Shown piece by piece: positions 1 through 11,171 of a stretch of DNA of 64,000 nt. How positions within the stretch are numbered: the first letter of the stretch is position 1; every line of letters starts with the position of its first letter. The notes beneath the pieces were generated by a model. The model was not told the DNA's origin and did not search any database. It saw only the letters and a program-made list of their open reading frames with translations. The translations under genes and the position numbers were made by a program. The stretch is from assembly GCF_963921235.1 (NCBI RefSeq), contig NC_086097.1:186188001-186252000 (forward strand), given 5' to 3'. Origin of the DNA: Mobula hypostoma. Lineage: Eukaryota.

Positions 1-9
1 ATATGAGCA

Positions 10-150
10 AGAACTTTGTCACCCAGAGGATGAATTGCAATCAGGCACCTGAGAAGGTGGTGAAATCAGGAAAAAAAAATCTGGATGAGCACTTGAATTG
101 CCAAGGAATAGCAAGGTATGGACCAAGTACTGGTCAATGGGATTAATATA
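10..150 (+). mobile_element. Old CR1 LINE 3' remnant
   Basis: Degenerate FFTQRVV..WN-type 3' region (ctttgtcacccagagg...aaggtggtgaaatcagg...ggtatggaccaagtactggtcaatgggatta) resembling other CR1 3' ends in the window. Confidence 0.5.
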
Positions 151-611
151 AATAAGACCTGAGGAAGACACACAAAATTCTGGAAAAACTCAGATGATTT
201 GAGATAAATTGAGCCAGAGTTTGAAATCACAATGGACGAAAAGACCCAACACTGATCAAGGACAGCAGTAAAGATAAACTGCTAAAGAATACTTAGGAAA
301 CTTGTATGAATAGAAGTGATGAAGTTCAATAAAAGATTAGAGGGTGCAACAAATGTTTAAATGCAAAGAAATTGCAAGAAAGTGAGATGATAGGTAAAGA
401 TGTAATTTGGTGGTATGAAAGGAATTGTCTCCACGATAATTTGGAAATGGATCTAGTGGAAAGTTAGTTTGGATGGATGTTCCAATGGTTTATTAGTTCC
501 TGTCTTCTACATGAGAATTTCTTGTTCACAACCCTGGCTTGTAATCTTTGAGATCTGACTTTAGAATCTCCTTCCTAGCTTCTGCCATCCTCTCAGTGGG
601 CATGTCTCAGA

Positions 612-1790
612 CTGAATTGAATTGACTTTATTATTACTATTACTTATTATTATTATTTACATCCTTCGTATACATGAGTAAAAATCTTTACATTACATAT
701 CCATCTAAATGTGCAACATGTAATTTACTGTATAGTGTGGCACGTGGCCAGGTGGTTAAGGCATTGGACTAGTAATCTGAAGGTCGCTAGTTCGAGCCCC
801 AGCCAAGGCAGCGTGTTGTGTCCTTGAGCAAGGCACTTATCCACACAGTGGTCTGCGACGACACTGGTGTCAAGCTGTATTGGCCCTTGCCCTTCCCTTG
901 GACAACATCGGTGTCGTGGAGAGGGGAGACTTGCAGCATGGGCAACTGCTGGTCTTCCATACAACCTTGCCCAGGCCTTCGCTCTGGAAAGTGAAGACTT
1001 TCCAGGCGCAGATCCATGATCTTGCAAGACTAACGGATGCTTTTAATTAAGTAATTTGTAATAAATAGTATGTAGAACAGGACAGTCAATATAACATAGA
1101 AATACAGTTGTGTCAGCATGAATTAAGCAGTCTAATGGCCTGTTGGAAGAAGCTGTCCTGGCACCAGTTAGTCCTGGCTTTAATTCTTCGGTACCGTTTT
1201 CTGGATGGTAACTGTTGGAACAGTTTGTGGTTGGGGTGACATGGGTCCCCAATGATCATTCGGGCCCTTTTTACACACCTGTCTTTGAAAATGTCCTGAA
1301 TAGTGGGATGTTCACATCTACAGATTGTGCTGGGCTGTCTGCATCACTCTGCAGAGTCCTGTGATTGAGGGAAGTATGGTTCCCATACCAGGCAGTGCTG
1401 CACCCGGTCAAGATACTCTCAATTGTGCCCCTGTAGAAAGCTCTTAGGATTTTGGGGCCCATACCAAACTTCTTCATCTGTCTGAGGTGAAAGAGGCACT
1501 ATTGTGCCTTTTTCACCATGCAGCCAGTATGTACAGACCATGCGAGATCCTTGGTGATGTTTATCCCGAGGACTTTAAGCTGTTCACCCTCTCAACCCCA
1601 GATCCATTGGTCTCAATAGGGGTTAGTCTGTCTCCATTCCTCCTGTAGTCCACAACCATCTCCTTTATTTTTGTGACGTTGAAGGAGAGGTTGTTTTCTT
1701 GACACCACCGTGTCAGGGTGATGACTTATTCTCTGTAGGCTGCCTCATTATTATTCAAGATTAGGCTAATCAGTGCAATGTCGTCAGCAA
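612..1790 (-). mobile_element. Rex1/Babar-clade LINE, 5'-truncated, interrupted by a SINE
   Basis: Minus ORF 1271-1477 FYRGTIESILTGCSTAWYGN (Rex-type RT C-terminal domain); FADD-like codons near 1780; 3' tail matches the plus-strand copy at 39600-39780. Confidence 0.85.
738..1045 (+). mobile_element. tRNA-derived CORE-SINE with RTE-type tail
   Basis: A box tggccaggtgg (~745), B box agttcgagcc (~789), anticodon-like loop CT-AGT-AA, CORE-like gtgtccttgagcaaggcactta (~818-840), tail ...cttgcccagg...ccaggcgcagatccatgatcttgcaaga resembling Bov-A/RTE. Confidence 0.75.
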
Positions 1791-1801
1791 ACCCAGGCCT
1801 T

Positions 1802-2283
1802 CAAGATTTACGAGTATGTTACCTGGGTTTCAGCACCTAAGTTACAGAGAAAGGTTAAACAAGTTAGGTCTTTATTCTTTGGAGCACAGAAGGTTGAGGG
1901 GAGACTTGATAGAGGTGTTTAAGATTATGAGGGGGATTGATAGAGTTGACATGGTTAGACTTTTTCCATTGAGAGTGGGGAAGATTCAAACAAGAGGACA
2001 TGGGTTGAGAGTTAGAGGACAAAAGTTTAGGGGTAACATGAGGGGGAACTTCTTTACTCAGAGAGTGGTAGCTGTGTGGAATGAGCTTCCAGCAGAAGTG
2101 GTTGAGGCAGGTTCGATGTTGTCGTTTAAAGTTAAATTGGATAGATATATGGACAGGAAAGGAATGGAGGGTTATGGGCTGAGTGCAGGTCGGTGGGAAT
2201 AGGATGGTGTAAGAGTTCGGCATGAACTAGAAGGGCCAAGGTGGCCTGTTTCCGTGCTGTAATTGTTATATGGTTATATGGTT
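1802..2283 (+). mobile_element. CR1 LINE 3' fragment
   Basis: ORF 1816-2202 LSYRERLNKLGLYSLEHRRLRGDLIEVFK...FFTQRVVAVWNELP; (TTATATGG)n tail at ~2266-2283. Confidence 0.95.
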
Positions 2284-2463
2284 TTTCCCAGGGCTGAAAT
2301 GGCTAACATGAGGGGGCATAGTTTTAAGGTGCTTGGAAATAAGTACGGAGGGGATGTCAGGGGTAAGTTTTTCACACAGAAAGTGGTGGGTGCATGGAAT
2401 GCACTGTCCGCGGCGGTGGTGGAGGTGGATACATTAGGGTCTTTTAAGAGCCTCTTAGATAGG
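2284..2463 (+). mobile_element. Second CR1 3' fragment (different subfamily)
   Basis: FPRAEMANMRGHSFKV...FFTQKVVGAWNAL. Confidence 0.9.
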
Positions 2464-4132
2464 CTGTTTTCTGCAGCAAAGTCCTGGAAGTGGGGAGGCA
2501 CTTCCCTTGAACAGTGCCTTTGTCTCCACAGGAAGGAAACCTTTTATCTTCTCTCAGGATAGTAGCACATCTGCTTTTCTGACAATCATTCCATTTTTTT
2601 GTGTGAGTCAACCAGTTGTCTCAGACTGTTGGAGCCCAGGCCGAGGTAATGTGGGAGAATGATGTGTTCTATCAGTACCCTCTGTGGAATTGGCCTACTG
2701 TGCATTACACTTTATATTCCCCTTTTAACAGGTGCTTCCGTTGTATACTCCACAGTCGATTTCTGAGTCAAAAGATGGTGCATGATCAACAAACCATTCC
2801 TTGCATAAACAAAGTAAAATTTCTAGAGAGATTAAACTCATCAGAAAACAACCAGAAGTTGAACTGCTGTCTGACATGATAAACCATCCATTGATCTGTT
2901 GAAGAAATCGAGAACTGTTGGGATGAATGACCATCAATATGAAACAGCTCTTTCTCTTTTCCCTGCAGATGGTGCCTGGTCTTTTCAATACTGTCTGTTT
3001 TTACTTCACATTTCCAGCACCTAGAAACTTGTTTTCTTTTGTTCTACTTAAGGGCCCTTCTGAAGTTGGCTCACCTTCTGTACTCTGTACCCCTGATGCA
3101 ATTTGATATGCTGAAGTGTATTTACAAGCAGATTTAGCACTAATTATCATAAATTATTCTTTTATTTAAATACCACCAATTAGTGTTTCTTGTCTGTGTC
3201 CCTTCCAGTGCTTTGCACACGCTTGCTGCCTGTCGTGAATGGAACCTGGTCAATCCATAAATGGCCTCGTCTGCTCAGGCAAAGCTGAAAATATTGGAAG
3301 TCAAAGTAGCAGCAGAAGTGGATGATAAGTGTGACCTAGCCCTAGCCCTAAATAAACCTACAATCAGAAGATATATCAAAGTTGAGCAGTTTTCATTATC
3401 TTAACACAGATCATTTGGCAAACTTTCAGCAGTACACTGAAAAACTCATTTGAGCTTCATCTTGTCTGTAAATAATTTATATTTGCTGTAGGAGTAAATT
3501 AAGATTTACAGGCAGAAAATCCAAGGTTTGTTAATTTACTTTAATACGTCTCATTATAACATTTTATTTGCATGAGTCACTTAATAAAAGGTTCTAGGTT
3601 TACAGTGTTGAGTATATTTGATTTCATATCACCATCGCAGCCAGCTGTGAAGTAGCTGAGCTGGCTGAGTCACTTTTGATAGTCATCCAAAACTGTCTGA
3701 CTGAAGTTGTATCATGCCTCTTGCGTTTCACATTGGATGAAGCTGAATTGTAGCTGATGCAGAAACAAAATGAGAAAGTTCTCAAGAGGCCTACTGAAAC
3801 CTTGTTAATATGAAAAATTAACCAGCAAGTGGATAAGGCCCTTATGGAATCTGTGAGCCATGGTAAGTACTCCAGTTAGACGTGGAAATAAAATTTGATT
3901 CCATGCAAAGTTAGACAAAGACATTAAGGAACCTAGTCATACAGAAAAATATCAAATCAACCATGTTTAGCCAGCATAGCTCAGTTAATATTGCAAGAGT
4001 GGAATAAAAATATAAAACACTGGAAATAATGAACAGTCCAGGCAGCATCCAGAGATAGAGAATAGTTTAAGACTTCCATTTGAAAATTTTTCACCAAAGA
4101 TGGGAAACAAAAATCAGACATGAGGTAGTTTT

Positions 4133-4235
4133 TGAAACAACACGCTCAAATTGCTGGAGGAACTTGGCAGACCAGGCAGCAGCTACGGAAAGGAGTACAG
4201 ATGACACTTAGGGCTGAAACCCTTCGGCAGGATTC
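4133..4235 (-). mobile_element. Penelope-like pseudo-LTR fragment with degenerate hammerhead
   Basis: Reverse complement reads atcCTGCCGAagggtttcagccctaagtgtc...gctgctgcctggtctgccaagttcctccagcaatttg; older similar remnants lie at ~2930-3030 and ~4010-4100. Confidence 0.8.
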
Positions 4236-4239
4236 TGCC

Positions 4240-5747
4240 ACTTAGTGAAAGGCACTAGCAGTATGGCAGAAGTTCCAGGTGTCAGGGCTCATGAAGCATG
4301 TAAAATTACCATTACTAGAGAGAAGGTTCTTGGGAAACTGCAAGGTCGAAGGTAGTTAAGTCACCTGGACCAGATGGTGTACACCCCAGGGTTCTGAAAG
4401 AGGAGGCTGAAGAAATTGTGGAGGCATTAGTAATGATTTTTCAAGAATCACTAGAGTCTGGAATGGTTCCGAAGACTGGAGAATTGCAATTGTCACTCTT
4501 CTCTTCATGAAAGGAGGGAGGCAGAAGAAAGGAAACCATAGGCCAGTTAGTCTGACTTCAGTGGTTGGGAAGATGTTGGAGTCGATTATTAAGGATGAGG
4601 TCTCAGGGTACTTGGCAGTACATGATAAAATAAGCTATTGCCAGCATCGTTTCCTCAAAACAAAAACTTGCCTGACAAATCTGCTGGAATCCTTTGAAGA
4701 TACAATAAGCAGAATAGACAAAGGTGAAACAGTTAATGTTGTGTACTTAGATTTTCAGAAGGCCTTTCACAAGGCTGCTTAATAAGCTATGAGCCCAAGG
4801 TATTACAGGGATGATTCTACCATGGATAAAGCCAGGGCAGATTGGCAGGAGGCCGAGTGGGAACAAAGGGAGCATTTTCTGACTGGCTGCAGGTGACTAG
4901 TGATGTTTCACAGGGGTCTGTGTTGGGACCGATTCTTTTTATATTATATGTCAATGATTTGGATGATGGAATTGATGGCTTTGTTGAAAAGTTTGCAGAC
5001 CATATGAAGATAGGTGGAAGGGCAGATAATTTTGAGGAAGCAGGGAGGCTACAGAAGGACTTAGACAGATTAGGAGGAGGGGCAAAGAAGTGGCAGATGG
5101 AATACAGTGTTGAGAAGTATGTGGTCATGCACTTTGGTAGAAGAAATGAAAGGGTTGACTATTTTCTAAATGGAGAAAATATACAAAAAGCAGGTGCAAA
5201 GGGACTTGAGAGTCCTTGTGCAGGATTCCCTAAAGGTTAATCTGCAAGTTGAGGCTGTGGTAAGGAAGGCAAATGCAATGTTAGCATTAATTTCCAGAGG
5301 ACTAAAATATGAAAGCAAGAATGTAATGTTGAAATGTTATAAAACACTGGAGAGGCCTCACTTGGAGTATTGTGCGCAGTTCTGGGCCCCTTATCTTAGA
5401 AAGGTTGTGCTAAAACAGAAGAAGGTTCAAAGAAGGTCCATGAAAATGATTCCAAGATTAAACGGCTTGTCATACGAAGAGTGTTTTGATGGCTCTGTGC
5501 TTTTATTCACTAGAATTTAGAAGAGTGAGGTGTGACCTAATTGAAACCTATCAAATGGTAGAGGCCAAGTCTTTATGTACATTCAGTGCAGAGGTTGATA
5601 GAATCTTGATTGATCAGAGCATGAGGGATACGGGGAGAAGGCGGGAGACTGGGGCCAAGAGGAAAATTGGATTAGCCATGATGAACTGGCAGAGCAGGCT
5701 TGATGATCCCAATGGCTTACTTCTGTCCCGCTATCTTATGGTCTTAC
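4240..5747 (+). mobile_element. Decayed CR1 LINE (RT region to tail)
   Basis: Frameshifted ORFs with NHRPVSLTSVVGK, YLDFQKAF, QGSVLGP, KFADH, RPHLEYCAQFWAP; cttatggtctta tail. Confidence 0.95.
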
Positions 5748-5883
5748 ATTAACAATAACAGTACGGAGGGTGGCAATGAAGAATACGTGCAGCATTGACG
5801 GGGAAATGGAACAATGGAACAGTCTTCACAGAAAGAAAGGTGGGGGGGAATGTTGCTAAGAGAAAAATGAAATTTGTGAATTC

Positions 5884-6690
5884 GGTTCAATCCAATTCAA
5901 GTTTAATTTTCATTTAACCATATGTGGACACTCATGAATATAGCCAAACAAAACAACATTACTATGGTGTCAAAGTGCAAAGACACATTACCAACAGTCA
6001 CGCACAGTCTAGCAATATCATCTGACAACTGGTCCCCGACACCCGTTAGACGACACTGAGGCTTTGAGGCCCAGTCCATGCCCTGGTGCCCTGACTCCCA
6101 CCAGGTGAATTTGTGGCTTTGAGGCCCAGTCCTTGCATATACAAGCACGTATTAGTAAAAATATTAGTAAATACACAACCAGACAAAGATATATGTATAT
6201 AACCCAGACCCCTCAGTTCCATTTTAAATCTTCAGTTGCCACAACTACACTCTGCTGCTCCTGGTAGAGTGTGATGGCTTGGAGACCTCTCCTCTGGAGG
6301 CTGAAAAAGTAAGGTGACCCCACAGCCTGAGGCCCAGGTTCACTGAGTGCTGCTAAAGAATCTGTAGTCGGCCACCCCAGAGCTTGTCTTCTGCCGAGAG
6401 AAACCCTGGGAGGGCAGCTTCGACTGCATTCTAGACACTGTGCCACACCATCCCCAGTGAAGCACAATGCCTTCATCCCCTCACTCTGGGCAGCTGCAAA
6501 CAGGCAACACTGTGGCTTCAGGCCTAATACTCGCTGCAACCGAGGACTAGGGCCCCTCCATCTGCCCGTGCTCACATACAATAAATCAGTGAATCAAACT
6601 TGTGGCGTACCAGATTAACAATGTCCAAAGGGGTCACAAGAAAAGTGACCATGATGGCCCCTTACTATTTGACTGTAAGCCCCCATTGAC
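5884..6690 (-). mobile_element. Unclassified non-coding retroposon (probable)
   Basis: Minus strand ends in attaaa plus a (TTGAA)-like tandem tail at ~5884-5910; GC-richer body with no recognisable protein motif; internal direct repeat ggctttgaggcccagtcc at ~6060 and ~6115. Confidence 0.45.
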
Positions 6691-7059
6691 TCGGGTGAAT
6701 ATTGGAAACAAACATGATGAAAGTTTTCAATTCATTTTAGAGGGCCAGGAACCATACTAAGGAAGTTATAAAACTATAGGATTAAGGTATGAATGAAAGG
6801 ATGTGAGAAGGAATAGAACAAAGAATATTTCATACGCAACAAAGAACGTGATCCCATGTGATTTTTCATAGTTTTATTCAGTGGAATTAAATCTAATCAG
6901 AGAAGGGTGGTTTTAACTTCTCTCTACTCTATACTTCATCAGCAGTATAAATCCCAAACAACTGAACCCAGGAGTGAAGAAAGTGTAGGTCATTCTGGCC
7001 CTCATACCACTCAATAAGATTATGGTCTACCTTTACCTCAGCTCCTCTTCTTTGCCTTT

Positions 7060-9994
7060 ATGTTACTTTTAATTCCCATAATTCCCTTAAGATTTAGAAC
7101 TGACAGTGTGGCTGGGGTGAAAATAAATGATATTGAAAGTTTAAGCAAATCCGCTGATAGAAATGTTGTGAGTGGTGGTAAAAATCTTCTGAGGTGTATA
7201 TATTTCAATGCTAGGAGTATTGCGGGGAAGGTGGATGAGTTGAGGGCATGGATTGACACGTGGAATTATGATGTTGTAGCAATTAGTGAAACTTGGCTGC
7301 AGGAGGGGCAGGACTGGCAGCTTAATATTCCAGGGTTCCGAAGTTTCAGATGTGATCGAGGCAGAGGAATGAAAGGTGGGGGAGTAGCATTGCTTGTTAG
7401 GGAAAATATTACAGCAGTGCTCAGGCAGGACAGATTAGAGGGCTTGTCTACTGAGTCCTTGTGGGTGGAGCTGAGAAACAGGAAAGGTATAGCCACATTA
7501 GTGGGATTGTATTACAGACCACCCAATAGTCAACGAGACTTGGAAGAGCAAATCTGCAGAGAGATAGCAGACAACTGCAGGAAACATAAAGTTGTGGTGG
7601 TAGGGGATTTTAATTTTCCATACATTGATTGGGACTCCCATACTGTTAGGGGTCTAGATGGTTTAGAGTTTGTAAAATGTGTTCAGGAAAGTTTTCTAAA
7701 TCAGTATATAGAGGGACCAACTAGAGGGGATGCACTATTGGATCTCCTGTTAGGAAACGAATTAGGGCAAGTGACAGAAGTGTGTGTAGGAGAGCACTTT
7801 GGTTCCAGTGATCATAACACCATTAGTTTCAATTTGATCATGGACAAGGATAGATCTGGTCCTAGGGTTGAGGTTCTGAACTGGAAGAAGGCCAAATTTG
7901 AAGAAATGAGAAAGGATCTAAAAAGTGTGGATTGGGACAGGTTGTTCTCTGGCAAAGATGTGATTGGTAGGTGGGAAGCCTTCAAAGGGGAAATTTTGAG
8001 AGTGCAGAGTTTGTATGTTCCTGTCAGGATTAAAGGCAAATTGAATAGGAATAAGGAACCTTGGTTCTCAAGGGATATTGCAACTCTGATAAAGAAGAAG
8101 AGGGAGTTGTATGAAATGTATAGGAAACAGGGGGTAAATCAGGTGCTTGAGGAGTATAAGAAGTGCAAGAAAATACTTAAGAAAGAAATCAGGAGGGCAA
8201 AAAGAAGACATGAGGTTGCCTTGGCAGTCAAAGTGAAGGATAATCCAATGAGCTTTTACAAGTATATAAAGAGCAAAAGGATTGTAAGGGATAAAATTGG
8301 TCCTCTTGAAGATCAGAGTGGTCGGCTTTGTGCAGAACCAAAGGAAATGGGGGAGATCTTAAATAGGTTTTTTGCGTCTGTATTTACTAAGGAAGCTGGC
8401 GTGAAATCTATGGAATTGAGGGAATCAAGTAGTGAGACCATGGAAACTGTACAGATTGAAAAGGAGGAGGTGCTTGCTGTCTTGAGGAAAATTAAAGTGG
8501 ATAAATCCCCGGGACCTGACAGAGTGTTCCCTCGGACCTTGAAGGGGACTAGTGTTGAAATTGCGGGGGCCCTGGCAGAAATATTTAAAATGTCGCTGTC
8601 TACGGGTGAAGTGCCGGAGGATTGGAGAGTGGCTCATGTTGTTCCGTTGTTTAAAAAAGGATCGAAAAGTAACTGGGAAATTATAGGCCGGTGAGTTTAA
8701 CATGGTAGTAGGTAAGTTATTGGAGGGAGTACTAAGAGACAGAAACTACAAGCATTTGGATAGACAGGGGCTTATTACGGAGAGTCAACATGGCTTTGTG
8801 CGTGGTAGGTCAAGTTTGACCAATCTGTTGGAGTTTTTCGAGGAGGTTACCAGGAAAGTAGATGAAGGGAAGGCAGTGGATATTGTCTACATGGACTTCA
8901 GTAAGACCTTTGACAAGGTCCCGCATGGAAGGTTAGTTAGGAAAATTCAGTCGCTAGGTATACATGGAGAGGTGGTAAATTGGATTAGACATTGGCTCGA
9001 TGGAGGAAGCCAGAGAGTGGTGGTAGAGAATTGCTTCTCTGAGTGGAGGCCTGTGACTAGTGGTGTGCCACAGGGATCAGTGCTGGGTCCATTGTTATTT
9101 GTCATCTATATCAATGATCTGGATGATAGTGTGGTAAATTGGATCAGCAAGTTTGCTGATGATACGAAGGTTGGAGGTGTAGTAGACAGTGAGGAAGGTT
9201 TTCAGAGCCTGCAGAGGGACTTGGACCAGCTGGAAAAATGGGCTGAAAAATGGCAGATGGAGTTTAATACTGGCAAGTGTGAGGTATTGCACGTTGGAAG
9301 GACAAACCAACGTAGAACACACAGGGTTAATGGTAAGGCACTGAGGAGTGTAGTGGAACAGAGGTATCTGGGAATACAGATACAAAATTCCCTAAAAGTG
9401 TCATCACAGGTAGATAGGGTCGTAAAGAGAGCTTTTGGTACATTGGCCTTTATTAATCGAAGTATTGAGTATAAGAGCTGGAATGTTATGATGAGGTTGT
9501 ATAAGGCATTGGTGAGACCAAATCTGGAGTATTGTGTTCAGTTTTGGTCACCAAATTACAGGAAGGATATAAATAAGGTTGAAAGAGTGCAGAGAAGGTT
9601 TACAAGGATGTTGCCGGGACTTGAGAAACTCAGTTACAGAGAAAGGTTGAATAGGTTAGGACTTTATTCCCTGGAGCGTAGAAGAATGAGGGGAGATTTG
9701 ATCGAGGTATATAAAATTATGATGGGTATAGATAGAGTGAATGCAAGCAGGCTTTTTCCACTGAGGCAAGGGGAGAAAAAAACCAGAGGACATGGGTTAA
9801 GGGTGAGGGGGGAAAAGTTTAAAGGGAACATTAGGGGGGGCTTCTTCACACAGAGATTGGTGGGAGTATGGAATGAGCTGCCAGACGAGGTGGTAAATGC
9901 GGGTTCTTTTTTAACATTTAAGAATAAATTGGACAGATGCATGGATGGGAGGTGTATGGAGGGATATGGTCCGTGTGCAGGTCAGTGGGACTAG
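7060..9994 (+). pseudogene. CR1 ORF2 (AP endonuclease + reverse transcriptase), broken by two inferred 1-nt deletions near 8673 and 8703
   Basis: APE motifs YFNARS, ISETWL, GGGVALL, YYRPP, GDFN, SDHN in ORF 7060-8694; RT motifs YMDFSKTFDKVPH, GVPQGSVLGP, FADD in ORF 8702-9994; GNYRPVSLT lies in the third frame between them; the first ~12 codons of the called ORF are flanking DNA. Confidence 0.95.
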
Positions 9995-10078
9995 GCAGAA
10001 AATGGTTCGGCACAGCCAAGAAGGGCCAAAGGGCCTGTTTCTGTGCTGTAGTTTCTATGGTTCTATGGTTCTATGGTA
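7095..10078 (+). mobile_element. Young CR1 LINE, truncated just upstream of ORF2
   Basis: Complete APE+RT coding region, 3' UTR and (TTCTATGG)3 tail at 10053-10078. Confidence 0.98.
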
Positions 10079-10254
10079 AACCTGATGCTCATACCTAGAA
10101 TATGCTTAGCGGCTGGGGATCCAGAACCTTTTGGGTTGAGAATTCCAAAGATTCACTGTCTTATGAGGGAAGACATTTCATCTAATTTCTGTCTTGAATA
10201 GATGACCCTATAGTTGAGACTAATGTAATCATGCCTGTAATGGGTTGTTTGAGT

Positions 10255-10960
10255 GGAGGCACAAGCAACTGCAGATGCAGAAATCCGGAGCACAAAACAA
10301 ACTGCTGAAAGAATTCATCAGGTCAAGCCACATTTGTCTGCAATGCCCACCCCGAGGGTCCAGTTGCACGTCATTTCAACTCTTCTTCCTGGCCTGTGCT
10401 CGGCCTCCTCCCTTGCCACAGTAACATCAATCATTAACTAGAACGGCACCTCTTACTCTGCCTGGGCAGGCCTACAATACACTGGTATGACCAATGAGTT
10501 TTCCATTTACCGATAGCCCACGTGTTCCTTTACGACTCCCACCAGTTCATACAAGTTTCCGCCTTCTTTGTTCACCTTTTTCATTTACACCATTCCCCGC
10601 TTGTTACCTAGACTTATCACCCTCACACTCTAGTCCCCTCTGCCCACCATCCACGTACCTATCTTGGTAGGCGTCTTTTCCCTTGGTTTGCCTTTTCTAA
10701 CACCCCCACCCCCCACCTCACCACCATCATTTGGTTCAATCTGCCCACCATCCCTTTCTTATCTATCACCTCCTATCCTCAAACTTCTCTACCCCTTCCC
10801 CATCTGCCATTTTTTTTCTTTTCTTATGTTTCTATAAGTCATCTACCAGCCTCTGCCTCACCACTCCATCTCATCTCTATGAACTGGTTATCTTCCCACT
10901 ATACTCTGTTGTGCGGAATGGTCATAACCTGAAATGTTGACCATCCCTTTGCTTCCATGG
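10255..10960. mobile_element. Old Penelope-like element: inverted pseudo-LTR (minus, ~10255-10340) plus GIY-YIG C-terminus, CT-rich UTR and pseudo-LTR (plus)
   Basis: ccagttgcacgtcatttcaac = PVARHFN; LERHLLLCLG..GM.NEFS remnant; cctgaaatgttgac at ~10928. Confidence 0.75.
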
Positions 10961-11171
10961 AGGGACTGCATGTGCATCTTCATTGGTGTAGGGAGGTTTT
11001 CAGTATTGCCATCCAAATAAATATTTCTATTCACCACTCTTCTGATTCCTTATGTCAAAGTAGCTACTCAGTTCAGACTACACAGTGTACAAGGTTCTCA
11101 TATTTCAACAATATAGTAAAAAAATCAGTGTTTCTGTAATGGCTGAAAAGTCCCCTTCACAGCCATAAATA

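Larger units (their letters stand above)
6985..10225 (-). mobile_element. Old CR1 3' end, split into ~6985-7092 and ~10079-10225 by the young CR1 insertion
   Basis: Both flanks read as consecutive parts of a reverse-complemented CR1 3' end (gtaggtcattctggccctc...ttcccttaa / gaattccaaagattcac...gtcttgaatagatgaccc). Confidence 0.6.

Noticed and set aside
738..810. tRNA-Thr(AGT) gene
   Set aside because: Poor acceptor and T stems; continues into CORE and tail sequence, so it is a SINE head
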